DNA of 64,000 nt, from assembly GCA_951406725.2 (NCBI GenBank), contig OX597819.1, forward strand, positions 126,728,001-126,792,000, read 5' to 3'. Below are positions 38,698-53,315 of this stretch, in pieces; position 1 is the stretch's first letter, and each line of letters begins with the position of its first letter. The position numbers were made by a program, and so were the translations under genes. The notes below the pieces were generated by a model. That model did not search any database. It worked only from the letters and a program-made list of their open reading frames with translations, and was not told the origin of the DNA. This DNA is from Octopus vulgaris (lineage: Eukaryota).

Positions 38698-40099
38698 GGT
38701 TTCATCACAGTATAAAATTTATTGTATTGAAATGCCCTTTTCCCATTTTAAGTATAAGTGCTCCCAATGCTTCTATAAAAGGGGTTGGGGGCCATGATGT
38801 GGTCACTCGACTTGGTAGAAATATCAGTAAAATATCCCGCCATTATCATAGATTTGATCAACCATGATTGACCTGGGGCTGACCAACAACAACAACAACA
38901 ACAAAATTGATTTAGATACACGACATTATGACCGCATTATAATCAGATATGGGCACGATTGGCTTGTCTTTGGTCATGTATGAGAAGGAAAAAGATTGCT
39001 CCGATTCTAAATAGCAAAAGAGAATTTTTTCGTGCTTAACAGAAATAATAATCATATCTTCCGCAAATACACCTCATTACCTTTAAATAGAAGGAAAGTC
39101 CCTATATACAGTGTCTGAAAAGTAGAAAAAGGTAGGATGGTCGTTGTAGGAATGCGGTTATAAACCATTGCTAACCAAACTACATCAATTTCAGATTTCG
39201 TATGGCTGATAAATCATGCTTTTTTTTTTTAGCCCTTTTTCTCAGCTTAAGTCTCAGTTCGGCCTTCTTAATTATTACCGCTAATGTAATATAGAATAAA
39301 ATAAAATTCCTATATGAATAATAAGGGTCATTAGCATATCAGTAAGGTGCGACCCGTACTTGACCTCTTTGACCAATTGGGTGTATATTTTCTCTGTTGT
39401 GAGATGGGGCCATAAATCTGTCAAAAAAAGGACATTTTAAACCTCTTTCATTCGAAGCCGGAGCGAAACAAAGCAGATGAGATATATGTATGTATGTATG
39501 TATGTATATGCCTATTTAAGTATACGTGTGTGTGTGTGTGTGTGTGTCAAGTAAAGTAGTATAATATTATCAGAATTTGTTTTCTGTGATATATTCGAGA
39601 TACTTTCCGTTCTATTTCTTTCACAGAAAATGTTGTTATAGCCTTAATTAATATTTAATTTTCAATTAGCTGTTGTGCACTTTCAGCTGTTAGATTGAAC
39701 TGCTATATCTATATAGCTTTCCTTCCAACCGTCAAACTAATATCTCTTAGTGAAAGAAAGAAATAGTGATAGGCAACTTCTTAAATCCCTTTTTTTTAAG
39801 CCGACCATGCTGTCCAAATACATCAATCTGCTCACGCTCATCTTGTTTTCTGGTTCATTTTGTCGATGTTCGTACCATGCTGAGATGAGAATAATTTGCT
39901 AGCCTCTACTTCAATCATTCCTGGGATAAAGAGATCTAGCGTAAATCATTTTGAGAGAGAGAGAGGGGTGGAAGGAGAGGGAGATAGAGAGGCAGACAGA
40001 CAGAAAAAATGCCCTAATACTTGATTGCTACACGCTGGAAACATGAAGATACAGTTGACCATGATGGGATTTGAACTCAGAACGCAAACAATTATTCTT

Positions 40100-40215
40100 T
40101 TCTGCTCCAGGCACAGGGGCCGAAATTTTTGACGAGGAGGAGCCAGTCGATTACATTGACCCCAGTACGCAACTGGTACTTAATTTACCGGCCCCGAAAG
40201 GATGAAAGGCAAAGA
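40100..40215 (-). mobile_element. SINE family B (B2 tail) 3' fragment
   Basis: ggcacaggggccgaaattttt...gaccccagtacgcaactggtacttaatttaccggccccgaaaggatgaaaggcaaag. Confidence 0.8.
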
Positions 40216-41147
40216 TGGATTACAAAAAAAGTGGAGTGGGTGGGAATTTCATAGTGGACATATAAAAGTCTTAGATATTTTGTAAAGGACCGTATGGTCG
40301 CAAGCAGAATACTTCTGATCATCTGTCGGTTCGATGAAGGGTGATCTTGATCAAAACTATAACATCAAAGTAGATCGCTGAATGAATATGGCACCAGGTA
40401 AATAACCTTGCCAATAAGGTTGGCTGTTCATTACCTATTACCAGTACTGTGTTGTCTCTGGAGATTTAAGACTTTTCTTTTAGCTGTCGAATTTATATAC
40501 CTCAAAGTGGTTATCATAAGTTTGTTCGCCTCATAACAGCTGATTCAGTAGAGTCCTATGATCGTGGCCTTCTAGCCGTTACAGAAGTCTCTTACTTAAT
40601 CCCCAGAGCTCTTAGGTCCTTATTATGAAAAGAGTTTTTACTTTTCTAAAACGTTAAATTGATATAAAAGACATTTGGTTGCTATTGTTTTCAGCCCGGG
40701 CAGCTATGTGGACGCAGCTTCCTCACTTACCTCGAGTGACAGTTTAATTCCGCTATTAATCGCCAATAAAATGCGGGCTGCTATTTCTGGCAAATCGAAC
40801 GCCCATCAATAGAGCCACTCCCTCGTTGTCTGCTTTACTTATTTTGTTTATTCGTCTAGTTATTTCTGTACACATCTAATCACTTACATTATTACTGATC
40901 TATCATCTTTCAAATAACTTTATAGATTCGTCTAGCTTATCTTTTGCTGTATATTTATCAATTATCTTTGGTAGACTGGATATTATCTCGTACATTGTCA
41001 TCGAACTTTTCATAGACTTCGTTTTTTGTATATGCTATGCTGTTTCTCTCTTTTATTCTCTCCTCACCTCTGGACAAATATTGCAAACTGTTAGTGACAG
41101 GTGGACTATACAAATCATTGATGCCTTCCGGCTCTCTGCCCACTCGC

Positions 41148-41179
<32 letters not shown>

Positions 41180-41719
41180 TGAAGCAGCTTTTCTTTCAAA
41201 ACTATCAGCCACTACAGTGATCAAGTTTAATCTTATTTTACTGAAGAGTTTTCATATTTCCTTATTGTGCAATAAAGTTTCTAAATGCATTAAGACCCCA
41301 ACTTCATCTTTCCAATGAAGTGAGAACAACTATACATTGTTACCATGTTCTGATGTAAGAAAAACCATGAGAACAACGTTCGAATTGATAAACTCTTCAA
41401 CCTTAGATTTGAAACAGTTAACTCCTCATTAATCTTCACAGTTTATTTCTTGTTTGCTGATTCGCTATATAATTCGCTATTAATAAATTTACCTTATTTA
41501 TTTCTTATCTTTTCTTCCTATGTAAAATATTAGTGTTGACAACTAAATGTTTTTCAATTCAGTTTTGTTTTGTGCTCTGTACTACAATGTGCTGTAAATG
41601 GCTCTGTACAGCCAAACGAGGAGAAAATGTCGTAATTGTGTGTGCATTGTAAGTTTGAGTCCCAAAACTTTACAACTCCACATTTACATTGAAATTTGTG
41701 CATAACATTGGGTTGCCTA

Positions 41720-42700
41720 ATGCACGTTCGTTCTGTGGTAGGTCCATTTTTTGCTTCATTTTGCTTCCATAGTGTCCTTCCACTTGCATCATTTCAAACT
41801 TCTTAAACCAACTGTCATCCTCTATAGCTATCTTGAATCAGTCCCAGCACGGCCTTCTTTCTAGCACTCTACATTTGATTCTTAACATACTCAGTTTTTC
41901 GTACATATTGTGAGTTGTTCACGCACGCTAATATTTCACAACCGACGTATTCATACTTGCTTTATGTCTTTCCATCATTATTCGTAAACAGGTATCATAT
42001 TCTCACCTTCATTCAGGTAAAATCCTTCTGTCGTCAGCAAATGGAATAGCGTGATAAACTCATGCAGCTACATCACTAGGAAGAGAGCATTGACCGATCC
42101 TGTCCCGGCAGGAACCATAACTGGATCTCATTTCAGATAATTCTCTTCCTAATTTGCTGCCTAGCTGTGCTATAATTCTTTCCCTTATTTTCAAAATAGG
42201 GTTCCTTAATGTTATGTTTATGTAGTTACTACTTTTGAAATATTTCTTTTATCTTGTTGATAACTGCTACATCAGTTATTAGGTGCGACACTCTCTCCAA
42301 ACTGCGTAGAGGGTATTTTGCAGCACCGGGTATTTTCTGTATCTCAGTGACTATGATCCAGCCGCTTTCTCTGCCTTCGTATAATTAATCAAACTATCGA
42401 CTGTATTACTCTGAAGCTCAACAGATGGTCCCTCTTTTGTCTCTTTTAGTTTGTCTGATATTATTCTTACTTTCCTTTATTCATAAAATGTCAGACATAT
42501 CTTGTAACTCTCATGGCTCTGTCTTCATTCTACCATTGCACCAATAAATCGTATCTATCAACACAGCTATTTTGCAGCTCACACAGGTTGTCTCGTTCAA
42601 ACTCTTAAGTGTTCTCTGTTGTAAGTCTCTGTCTTCTCCAAGTATCATTTCTTAAAACCTTCGTCTGGTTAGGGACCTTTCAGCTTTTATTCTTTCTTTC
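41720..42700 (-). pseudogene. Highly decayed LINE (RTE-like) remnant
   Basis: Minus-strand pieces such as EKLSMLRIKCRVLERRPCWD*FKIAIEDDSWFKKFEMMQVEGHYG resemble the RTE C-terminus (REKLGI..I...V.ERRLRWYGHV.RM.EDS.VKK....VEG); many stops; the upstream limit is uncertain. Confidence 0.55.
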
Positions 42701-43692
42701 TCCAAATGTTCTGTTCTCTGATTCTATGGAGCTCTCTGTAGTCCCTACTCACGAGGGAATGACTTAAAATTTACCATCTGTTGGCTATCCCTTTTCCTGA
42801 TAAGAAGTCTACTAGGCTTGCGTCTTTATCTAATTGATGACTGACCAGGCCCCGCCTTTTAGTCTTCTCAATGGTTAGGTCATTTGAGTCACAGAATTCT
42901 GAGCCTTGATCCATCCTCATTCCTCACACCTATAACCATTGATCCATATGCGCAAGGGTAACCCCCATTGTATGTATCCAACATGTTCATTAGAATAAGT
43001 AACCATGATACCGATGTCGATATTGAGGTAGTCACATAAGGCCCTTTATGCAAACAATGTTTGGTCCTCTATCGCAGAGGTAATTGTTACTGCCATGCTG
43101 CCTATGACTAGTCTATGCTCAATTAGTCTGTTGCGTGCTCTAACTACTTCAATTACTGTATCTATTTTTGCTGCAACAATATACCTGTTCCACCCATCTC
43201 AGAGCTGTTATGAACGCAGATGATTTTTTTTTACGTATGTTCTTCGTCTAAAAAGTTTCCATTGGTCGGTGGGTTGTGGGTTGTTTGATGTTTGCTTTCT
43301 AAATTTTGAACGACAGTCAAGAATTTTCACACACGGTCACATGTCTTCATCTGACCACTCCACAAAAGTACACCGTAGTAACATAATAAATGTTAGTCTA
43401 ATATACGCAAGTGTGGTTTTTCAGTATATTTGTGATAGTCATAATTATGGCTGAATATTTTTCCTATCACCAGTCATTTCATAGCATAGAATGTGTGCAT
43501 TTTTTATTGTTTTGAAGAAACCACGTCTCTCAGGAAAATTTAGAATCTTTTCTTTATCATTCAGAGTTATTCGTATCCGAATCAGAGCTGAGACCGGGTC
43601 AACGTAGTGTTGAATTGCGTTCAGAGTTGCTGCTCTCTCTCTCTCCCTCTCTCTCTCTCTGTATGCATGTGTACACACACACACACACACAC

Positions 43693-43775
<83 letters not shown>

Positions 43776-43834
43776 TGTGTATGTGTGTGTGTATATATAT
43801 ATATGTATTTATGTATGTATATATATATATTTAA

Positions 43835-43935
43835 CGGGGAGGCGTCATTTCAAGGGTAAAACAATGCGAAGCGCATTGTGACCAACGATGTGTAGCACCA
43901 TCTGATAGCCTGGTCGGTTACGGTGATCACGGTGA
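43835..43935 (+). mobile_element. SINE family E 3' fragment
   Basis: cggggaggcgtcat...gatgtgtagcaccatctgatagcctggtcggttacggtgatcacggtgat matches the reverse complement of 27955-28020. Confidence 0.85.
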
Positions 43936-44037
43936 TTTATATGTATATATATATATATATATGTTTGTGTGTATCTATATAAATATATTTGTGTATATTA
44001 TACATATATATATTGTGTGTATGTGTGTGTGTGTGTG

Positions 44038-44078
<41 letters not shown>

Positions 44079-45356
44079 GTGTATATATATATGCATGTGT
44101 GTGTGTGCCTCATAGATACGGTAGCATGCGGTAATTCTAAACGTATTTCTCTTCTCCGGTTAATATGGAAATCCATGCAGTTCCTCCTTGGAAGAAAAGC
44201 ACCGAATACACGCGCTCACTCACACACTCAACACAGTCTCTCTTACAAGGAAACAGCGGCGTCTGTACATTCTCAGCCTAGTCTCTTTCCTTTCCTTTCC
44301 TTTCCTTCTTCACCTCATGAACAACAATAACGAAACTCTAACAAAAAGAGCAACAATAAATAACATTTGTATAGCAACAACAGCAGTAGGAGGAGCATTA
44401 ACACCAGTGAGCATGTGCGTGTGCGTGTGTGTGTGTGCCCGTGCGTGTGTGTGTGTGTGTGTGTGGCGGAGCAATAAAAAGTTGGTTTGGGGCAAATAGA
44501 TTAAATTAGATACTTGTTTCGGTTCCCTCCACCACCACCACTACCACCTCCTCCACCACCACCACCGCTGCTACCACCCCCACCACCGCCGCCAGTTCCC
44601 CCCTGCCCCCCACCCTACACTATCATCACTAGCAAACAATAAGCGTGTACCGAAGGCCGGTTAATGCAATCACGATATAACTCTCAATTCGATGAGTTGA
44701 CACGCTGTCCCAATCATCCAACCAACTACTAACACCACCACCAGCTCCATTGTCGCCGTCGCCATCATCACCACCATCACCATCATCATCATCATCATCA
44801 TCGTCAGCAACAATAGCACCGACGTCATTACCATCCGCTGGTCTTTAAGTAGACAGATAATTAAAGAATGAGTGCTCCTAATACAATGATGAAATTACCA
44901 GCTTACAATATAAAATAAAAAAAAAACACAATTTTTGAACGGTATTTTTAAAGGATACATTAATGCTAACATACTTGTATTTTTTCTTGGAACGGGGGAG
45001 GAGGAAGGAACGGTGGGTAGGGAAGAGGAAGGAACAGCGGCTACAATTTATTTATTTATTCTTTTGTCTTGGTTTGTTTTTAAGGGATTGTTTCGTATAT
45101 TTTAAAAATATTTTAAAACGCAAGAAAAATCTACATTGTATTATTCTCTTTTGTTGATTTGTTAGCCAGAGGGATGCTAGGAATGGAAACCAGGGGGATT
45201 CCACAAAAAGCATAGACACCATTATCTTCTAGAATTGTTAATGCAATCAGCATCTCTCTCTCTCTCTCTTTTCTCTCACTCACGCACACACTTATATACA
45301 CACGGACACATTCACGCAATCACAGACACAACCTCATGCACTCGCGCACACATATA

Positions 45357-45600
45357 TGTTTCTTTACTACCCACAAGGGGCTAAACATAGAGGAGTCAAA
45401 CAAGGACAAACGGATTAAATCTATTACATCGACCTCAGTGCGTAACTGGTACTTAATTTATCGATCCCTAAAGGATGAAAGGCAAAGTCGACCTCGGCGG
45501 AATTTGAACTCAGAACGTAACGGCAGACGAAATACGGCTACGCATTTCGCCCGGTGTGCTAACGGTTCTGCCAGCCCGCCACCTTATAACGGTTCACCAG
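45357..45600 (-). mobile_element. SINE family B (B1) with 16-bp TSD and an extra 5' reiteration
   Basis: ctcgcgcacacatata (45341-45356) and ctcgcacacacatata (45601-45616). Confidence 0.93.
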
Positions 45601-45739
45601 CTCGCACACACATATAATAGTTGAGAAGCTAAAAGGGTGACTCAAGAGCCTAAAGTTTCGTTGCCTACCAATAAGTACTTTGATACAATAAATTGTTAGT
45701 GCCTGGACATTTCTTTTGTTATTAAGACAGTAAAGGAGT

Positions 45740-46030
45740 ATTCTGAAGAAGATTTGGTTGTTATTTTTAAAAAGTTACATAGAGGGAGCCGTCCTCATGA
45801 ACCTGATTTTTAAAAAAAATTCTTGTTGTTTATCCCCTGGTCATTTGCGGTTGAAATGACCTATGATCAAAAAGCTTTCTAGCCATATTCATCTCACCTA
45901 TTCCCTTACGTGTAGAAAACCCAGAGTCACAACATTATGCACCATGTCCCATTTTAAGAATGGTGCGATTTGAGAGAGATGTGGCTACTATTTCTAGCTG
46001 GGAGATCGACGACGTTGCGGTCCTCTCAAG
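45740..46030 (+). repeat. Family C modules C2-C1-linker-C2
   Basis: gaagatttggttgttatttt; ttgttgtttatcccctggtc...gacctatgatcaaaaagc; gagagatgtggctactatttctagc. Confidence 0.65.
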
Positions 46031-46629
46031 TAACAGTAGTTTGTGTGTATATATATCTTTCAAATATTATTGCTTAAATGCATCATTTACCATATACACA
46101 GACAGACACACACAAACACTCATTTAATGGTTCCAGTCATTAGAGTTGGGTACCACATTTAATTGTTTAGTCATTTATATTGATCTCGGGATTTTGTTTT
46201 ATCGATCTCCTGAACTATGAAAGACAAAGTTGATCTGGATGGGATTTCAAATCAGAACATACAAAAAGCGTACACGCGTGTATTGGAACTCAATCGGTCA
46301 CACATTTACATAAGAGATAAAATATAGAACAAAAATGATGTCCAAGCTTTCAACAAAAGCGTTGAAATTGGGGATTGGTGGTTATTTTCGACTTAGTATA
46401 TCTTTTCGTCTGTGTCTGTTATCACTTCCTGACTGCTTAGATGTAAACTGACTTGCTTCAATACATATCGAACCTGTAGTAAACTTAGTTGCTAATTTCC
46501 AATAAAACCTATCGTCTTGAAGATCCCACATAATGTGATTTCATAACATAAATCACAGTTATTGATCGCTTATTTCCCACTTCACTCAAACCACAGGGAG
46601 TAACCAATGAGAAGCTACAGTTGACTTTG

Positions 46630-46776
46630 AGTATATATGGGTGTATGAATGTGTATGTGTATATATGGGTGTATGAATGTGTATGTGTGTATATGGGCGA
46701 ATGTATATGTATGTGTATGTGAATGTATATGTGAATGTGTATGTGTATATATGGGTGTATGAATGTGTATGTGTGT
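46630..46776. repeat. Minisatellite, ~28-bp unit gtatatatgggtgtatgaatgtgtatgt
   Basis: Direct reading; several perfect and decayed units. Confidence 0.85.
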
Positions 46777-47155
46777 ACATTTTGGGGTGTAAGATTAGGA
46801 AGAAAGGGATAATCAATAAATATAATAAAATGTATTTATTCACTGAAGGTCATTGATTGAGTCTGTTACAACTCATTTCCTTCTGATGTGCTCTTCTTCA
46901 AGCGAAAAATACGCTTAACTTCTAATTTTCCATGGTTGCATGGATCAGACAGAATTTGTGGAGGCAGATTTTCTGTTACCAGTTGCCCTTCCTACCTGCT
47001 CTCACTTGTTTCCAAATACCGTAATATTTCCTCTTGCTTTTGTTTACCAAATCCATTCACGAGGTTTTCGGTCAGTCCGAGGCTGGTTACAGCAGAAAAC
47101 ATTTGCTCAAAGCGTCCCGCAATGAGAATGAATCCAAAACCATATGCTACAATTC

Positions 47156-47540
47156 CTTTACTCTTATATTCTTTTACTTGTTTGAGTCATTTGACTGCTG
47201 CCATGCTGGAGCACCGCCTTGTGTGTATTTGTGGGTGTTAATCGAACAAATCGACTCCAGGACTTATTCTTTCAGGTTCTTTTGCCGAACCGCTAAGTTA
47301 CGGATCTGTAAACACTCCAACACTGGTTGTCAAGCGGTGATGGAGGAAAACACACAAACTCACACACACACACACACACACACAGGACGCGCTTCTTTCA
47401 GTTTCCGTTTATCAAATCCATTCACAAAAATTCAATTGACCCGAGACTATAGTAGAAGACACTTGCCCAGAGTGCGACGCTGTGGGGCTGAACCCGGAAC
47501 CATGTGGTTGGGAAGCAAGCTTCTTACAACAGGCGCGCCT
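47156..47540 (-). mobile_element. SINE family A, intermediate age (a second, older fragment lies at ~47030-47150)
   Basis: gccatgctggagcaccgcc...ttttgccgaaccgctaag...gaacccggaaccatgtggttgg. Confidence 0.9.
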
Positions 47541-47579
47541 GAAATAATTTTTATGCATTGTACCATTGTATATAGAGAC

Positions 47580-47620
<41 letters not shown>

Positions 47621-47988
47621 AAACGTATGCAATATATAAGGTATGTTTAGGTAGTTCAGTTTTGATGCATATATAGACACCGACAGTTTCATCACTAAAC
47701 AACTTCTTCGTAATTATTCCGTTGTTATAACGAGTATAGTAAGCGAAATATACGAGGAAATGATTGATTATTGAGAATGTGTGAGAAGTCTTGCAATCCA
47801 AAGCTGTTCTATGAAGACACGTCAACAGTTTGACCGAATGCTGTTAATTCTGTTTCACTGTAATCTAAACAAATGGATTTATAGCAGTAAAATAGAAAAG
47901 CAGCTTAACAGAACATATGTGTACTTGTGGACTGTGAGAAGACGCATCCATCTCTTTACTGAAATTCTACGCTTGTGAATGCCCCCAA

Positions 47989-47990
<2 letters not shown>

Positions 47991-48056
<66 letters not shown>
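47991..48056. repeat. (TAC)n microsatellite
   Basis: Direct reading. Confidence 0.97.
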
Positions 48057-48057
<1 letters not shown>

Positions 48058-49624
48058 GCTATTTCGTATATTTAGGGTATAAATTATGCTATGTTGTTCT
48101 TTCATGTTATATCATTTTGCCTCAAATCCACGTACATCAATGGTATTCCACCCACGACCATCAGGCTGTTGTTAAAATTATAATATCTAAACACAATTAT
48201 CCAATTTTTAAACACCTAAGGTGCCAAATGTCCACTTATAGACATCTCTCTTTGATTCCTGTTCAATTTATAGTTACAATTGTCAAGTGGTTTGCTCTCT
48301 CTCTCTCTCTTTATCTATCTATCTCTATCTTCATAGGTACTGTTGTCTGTATTTTCTCTGTAAATCAAGGTTTCGATTCTCAGTTGAAGTTGCATTTACA
48401 TCGTTAATTCCTTTACGAATGAATAGAGATATCCAAAGATTGCAGTTCCTCTTTTTTAATACCGTATTACTTACATGGTCTTAAGTATTTTTCTTTTGTA
48501 AATTTCATTCATATAATCCAGAATCTAGAAATTTAAGAATATTAAATCGTTGAAGTCAACCATTGCAGAATAGTTAGTTTACATTGATAAAACCAGGTTA
48601 TGAATCTGCATGTTGTGGGTTGAAAATTTCCCTACTTAACAACATTGTGGCTCGTGAATTATAGAAACCCTGTAATTTCTTTCATCGTTTATCAAAACTA
48701 GACAATATAATTTCATTCTGCCACTGTCTTAACGCCAACATATTGCTATATAATTTATCAGAGCAAACCTTCAATAAAATTGTGTAAACAGGAAGGCATT
48801 CTTAGCTCTTATCTCTGCTATTGTGCTGTATTTTATTGTTTATTTAGACAAATAAAAATTAGTGCATAAATTTGAATTGCCATTGAGTATATTGTGCATT
48901 ATCTGTAGAAAAATATGTGTGCATCTGAATGAGTGACGGGGACAGTATACTTACAAATGCAATGCAACAGAAAAAAGGTAGAAACATTGTTAGGAGGTAT
49001 ATGAATTTTCAGTACACATTTATGTAATGTATTATATAACTGTCAGGTCCGAATAATAATATTTTGAGCTCATTTCGTTCACTAGTGAATATTCAGTATG
49101 TGATTTAATAAGTTAACGAAGCTAGGTTCAGCTAATCATTCAAGAAACTATGCATTTATAGTAGAACACAAAACATATGTCTTCGCGTTTTATTTCTCTA
49201 CTTTCACTTTCACTCCAGCGTTACGCTTAAACACCATGCACGCTTCGTTTCAAGACATTATCCCAAACTTCATTAATAAATGTGCGCAACATATTGCCAC
49301 CACGTATTTATCCGCGTGTATTAATAATTTCTTTCTACTTCTACGCATATATATGGTCATTATCCTAATGTTTCACAGTTTGGAAACGCCCTCCACTGTT
49401 TTCACTTTATTAATTCCTTACTTTAAAACAGCCATTGCGTAAAGTCATTTATTTATTTTTTTTTAGAACTCACCTGATTACGAATGCATGCTTGCTGACA
49501 CATACTTTATATACTCATAATCGTATAGAGCTAAACACATGCACGCATAATTAAATATCACCATATTGTACCCAATACACAGACGGATTTACATAAAATC
49601 TGCCTCGGACAACAGTACACACTT

Positions 49625-49715
<91 letters not shown>

Positions 49716-50186
49716 TCATATATATATTTATATATATATATACACACACACATATATATATACATATATTTATTTATATACATATATTTATATATATCTA
49801 TTTATTTATTTATATATATATTTATATATATATATTTATCTATATATCTATATCTATATATTTATGCATATATATATATTTTTATTTATATATATATATT
49901 TATTTATATATGTATAATTATATATATATATTTATAGATATAAATATATATTTGTGTATATATATATATATATAAATATTTCTATATACATATTTATATT
50001 TTTATATATTTATATTTATATATATTTATATATATAATTTTTTTAATACATTTATATAAACAGTTATATGAATGCGAGTGTGTAAAAGGAGCATGCAGTT
50101 AAGACACAATGACAAACCACCCGTATTTGTAAATACATACGAGCATAAGCGTGATACCCATACCTACAAATTTGAACAAAACAGTT

Positions 50187-50256
<70 letters not shown>

Positions 50257-50939
50257 ACACACATACATACACACACAGGTACTCACGCGCTTATACAAAA
50301 CATGAAGTCAAAGTTAATTTTGTTCATATATGCATTCGCTCCGAACAGTGTGTATTTCAAGTGTCCGGCCTTCTTTTTCAGCCGTGCCACGCCCTATAAT
50401 ACCCGGGTAGCCGTTTTTTTGCCATTTGCCCACCTCTTTTCCTTTTCAAATGCAACTTACGCGAGTGCGTTCATTGAAACGTATTTCAAATAGCTATTCT
50501 TTTTAGGTTTTCTGCTTCATTTAACTTCGTCTTCATTTCGTTTTTGGCTTCTCTTTGGAAACATTTCAGCGTCACTTCCCTATTCTTTCTGCTTCAGCAC
50601 ATCCTTCCTTTTATTGTCTGTCACTCACCCATCTAGAATTTTAATCTGACCCAATCTTTCCCTCCACTGATTTTCTGCTTTTATTTTTTGATCGCTATTT
50701 TACTGTTGTTGTTGTTTTTTTTATATATATAGATATTTCTTTTTTTTTTCTTGTTTTCTTCTTTCTGTGTTTCGTTACCTTCCACGTAAGAAAAATTATT
50801 TATTCATTTGTGTTATTTAATTTTTAGCCTTTGTTTATTTATTATTTTCATTATTTCTCATTCAATTTTGCTGATTTTTTTTTTATTTTACCGAAATCTG
50901 TCCTTCATTTCTTTATTTCCAATATTAGTTTTACTAGTC

Positions 50940-51142
50940 AGGGTAATGAAATGGTAAAATCGTAAGAACGAGCAAAATGCCTTGTGAAAATTTTTTCCGG
51001 CTCTTTACGTTCTGAGTTCAAATTCCACTGAGGTCAACATTGCCGTTAATCCTTTCGGGGTCTATAAAATAAGTACCAGTTGAGTACTGGGATCGATGTA
51101 ATCGACTTAACGCCTCCCCCGGAATTTCTGGATTTTTGCCAA
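50940..51142 (+). mobile_element. SINE family B (B2 tail), decayed
   Basis: ttacgttctgagttcaaattccactgaggtcaac...atcctttcggggtctataaaataagtaccag. Confidence 0.85.
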
Positions 51143-51829
51143 CAATTTTCCGAACCGCCCTCTTCTCCTCTACCAACTTTGTCATTCTCTTCCATTCTCT
51201 TTTCCACTCTTCACACTCACGCGCGCGCTCTCTCTCTCTTCATATATAAATACATTCTTCGGTTTTGTTTTCGGTTCGTGCTTTTCCACTTCAAGCTTCA
51301 CACATTTTTAAAATTTCACTTTTCATTATTTAATATTCATTTTCTCAGTTTCTTCGTTAATTTTATTGTAATATTATTCTACGAAACAAAACAAAAACTT
51401 ATTGCATGAAGGGAAGTACAGAGAGAGCAAGTGAAAGAGCGAGAGAGAGAGCGATGGAATCAGTAAATGTGAAAGAGCGAGAGAGAGAGAGAGCGATGGA
51501 ATGAGAAAGAGAGAGAGAGAGAGAGATTCTGTATTAGCGTTAATTGCTTATGTAATTAACAAGATGATATTGCAGTATAGGAATTCCTTGAAACTTTTGT
51601 TTGGAACAGTGTTTTCCAAATCCAGCAACTTTCTTAGACTGTCCTAGTACCATTATCAGGATGAAGAGATATTGGCGTGTTCTGACACTTTATAAAAGGG
51701 AAGGACAATTTTTGTTTTACTTTTTTCCGTACTTGATAGAAATAGAGTACCAGTCAATATGTAGGATCGCTTTACTCGGCTAGCCCTTACCATAAAATTT
51801 GTGGCCTTGTGCTTTTGTAAAATAACAAC

Positions 51830-51861
<32 letters not shown>

Positions 51862-52272
51862 GCAGCCGGTGGTATAACAACTGACAGCATAATTATAATC
51901 AACGTTTTTTCATTTGTTACAAGATTTCAAATTACAACAATGCAGTTTACAATATTTTATTGTTTAGCCCGAGTGAAAAGTTAGCAATGTTCTTCATGGT
52001 TAAAACATTCTCCTTGTGATCATCCTCTCTTCTTTCTCAGCCCAATACACACCGATCATATTATAGAATGTCTCGTCCGCAGGATTGTGTTGTCTTATTG
52101 GCTCCATTGCTTTCTTTTCTGGATTAGCTATGTGAGTCACAGATAACGAGTATGCATTTATGAGTATGTATATGCATGTATGCATATGCATAACTGCGTA
52201 TATGTGTATATCGATGTATACATATGCATGTCTGTGTGTGTATGTATATACATACATATATATATATGTAAG

Positions 52273-52311
<39 letters not shown>

Positions 52312-52322
52312 GTAAATATATG

Positions 52323-52353
<31 letters not shown>

Positions 52354-52895
52354 GTGTATGTATATATGTATGTATGTATGTATGTCTGTATGTATAAATC
52401 AGTATTACTTTTGTCATGTTTTTTTGTGTTGCAATCCTATATTTCGAAACTATTTATATTCAGGCGGTTTGTTTCCGTTTTTAGAGATTCATTTTTGGTT
52501 GGTGAGAAACGTATAGTATAGGAAATTTCTTATTCATTTATTTATCTATGCATCGAACTATTTATAAAATACTTCTTAAAAAAACTCGTCCTTTTTTTTA
52601 TCATCTGTCAGCGCTAAAAATTAAAATCCAGAAAATGATCAAAACTTCCATTTCTTATTTCATCCCTATGTCAAAATATTCTGTCGTTTAATAATGCTGA
52701 CATCACTTGTCTTCCATACTTGTGCTGAACCTGTTCATCTCATATTTTCTGTCCATAAATTGTACTTCTTTTGTTGTTTACTTGTTTATTTATTTGGCTG
52801 AGATTATGAAACCTGACACGATGCAATTGTCTATCACAGTCACCATAGATTTCTCCCCCTCCACTCTCTCTCTCTTTCTCTCATACACATACATA

Positions 52896-53315
52896 GGCGC
52901 AGGAGTGGCTGTGTGGTAAGTAGCTTGCTAACCAACCACATGGTTTCGGGTTCAGTCCCACTGCGTGGGATCTTTGGCAAGTGTCTTCTGCTATAGCCCC
53001 GGGCCGACCAATGCCTTGTGAGTGGATTTGGTAGACGGAAACTGAAAGAAGCCTGTCGTATATATGTATATATATATATATATAAGTGTGTGTGTATATG
53101 TTTGTGTGTCTGTGTTTGTGCCCCTAGCATTGCTTGACAACCGATGCTGGTGTATTTACGTCACCGTCACTTAGCGGTTCGGCAAAAGAGACCGATAGAA
53201 TAAGTACTGGGCTTACAAAGAATAAGTCCCGGGGTCGATTTGCTCGACTAGAGGCGGTGCTCCAGCATGGCCGCAGTCAAATGACTGAAACAAGTAAAAG
53301 AGAAAAGAGAAAGAG
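52896..53315 (+). mobile_element. SINE family A, full-length young copy with short TSD
   Basis: atacata(gg) immediately before the head and just after the tail. Confidence 0.95.

Noticed and set aside
34357-45617. Recurrent ORF MRNWYLIYR...RRNLNSERNGRRNT (34357, 38553, 45336)
   Set aside because: It is the antisense translation of SINE family B copies, not a gene family.
47034-47639. Longest ORF (201 aa)
   Set aside because: It is composed of two family A SINE pieces and microsatellites.
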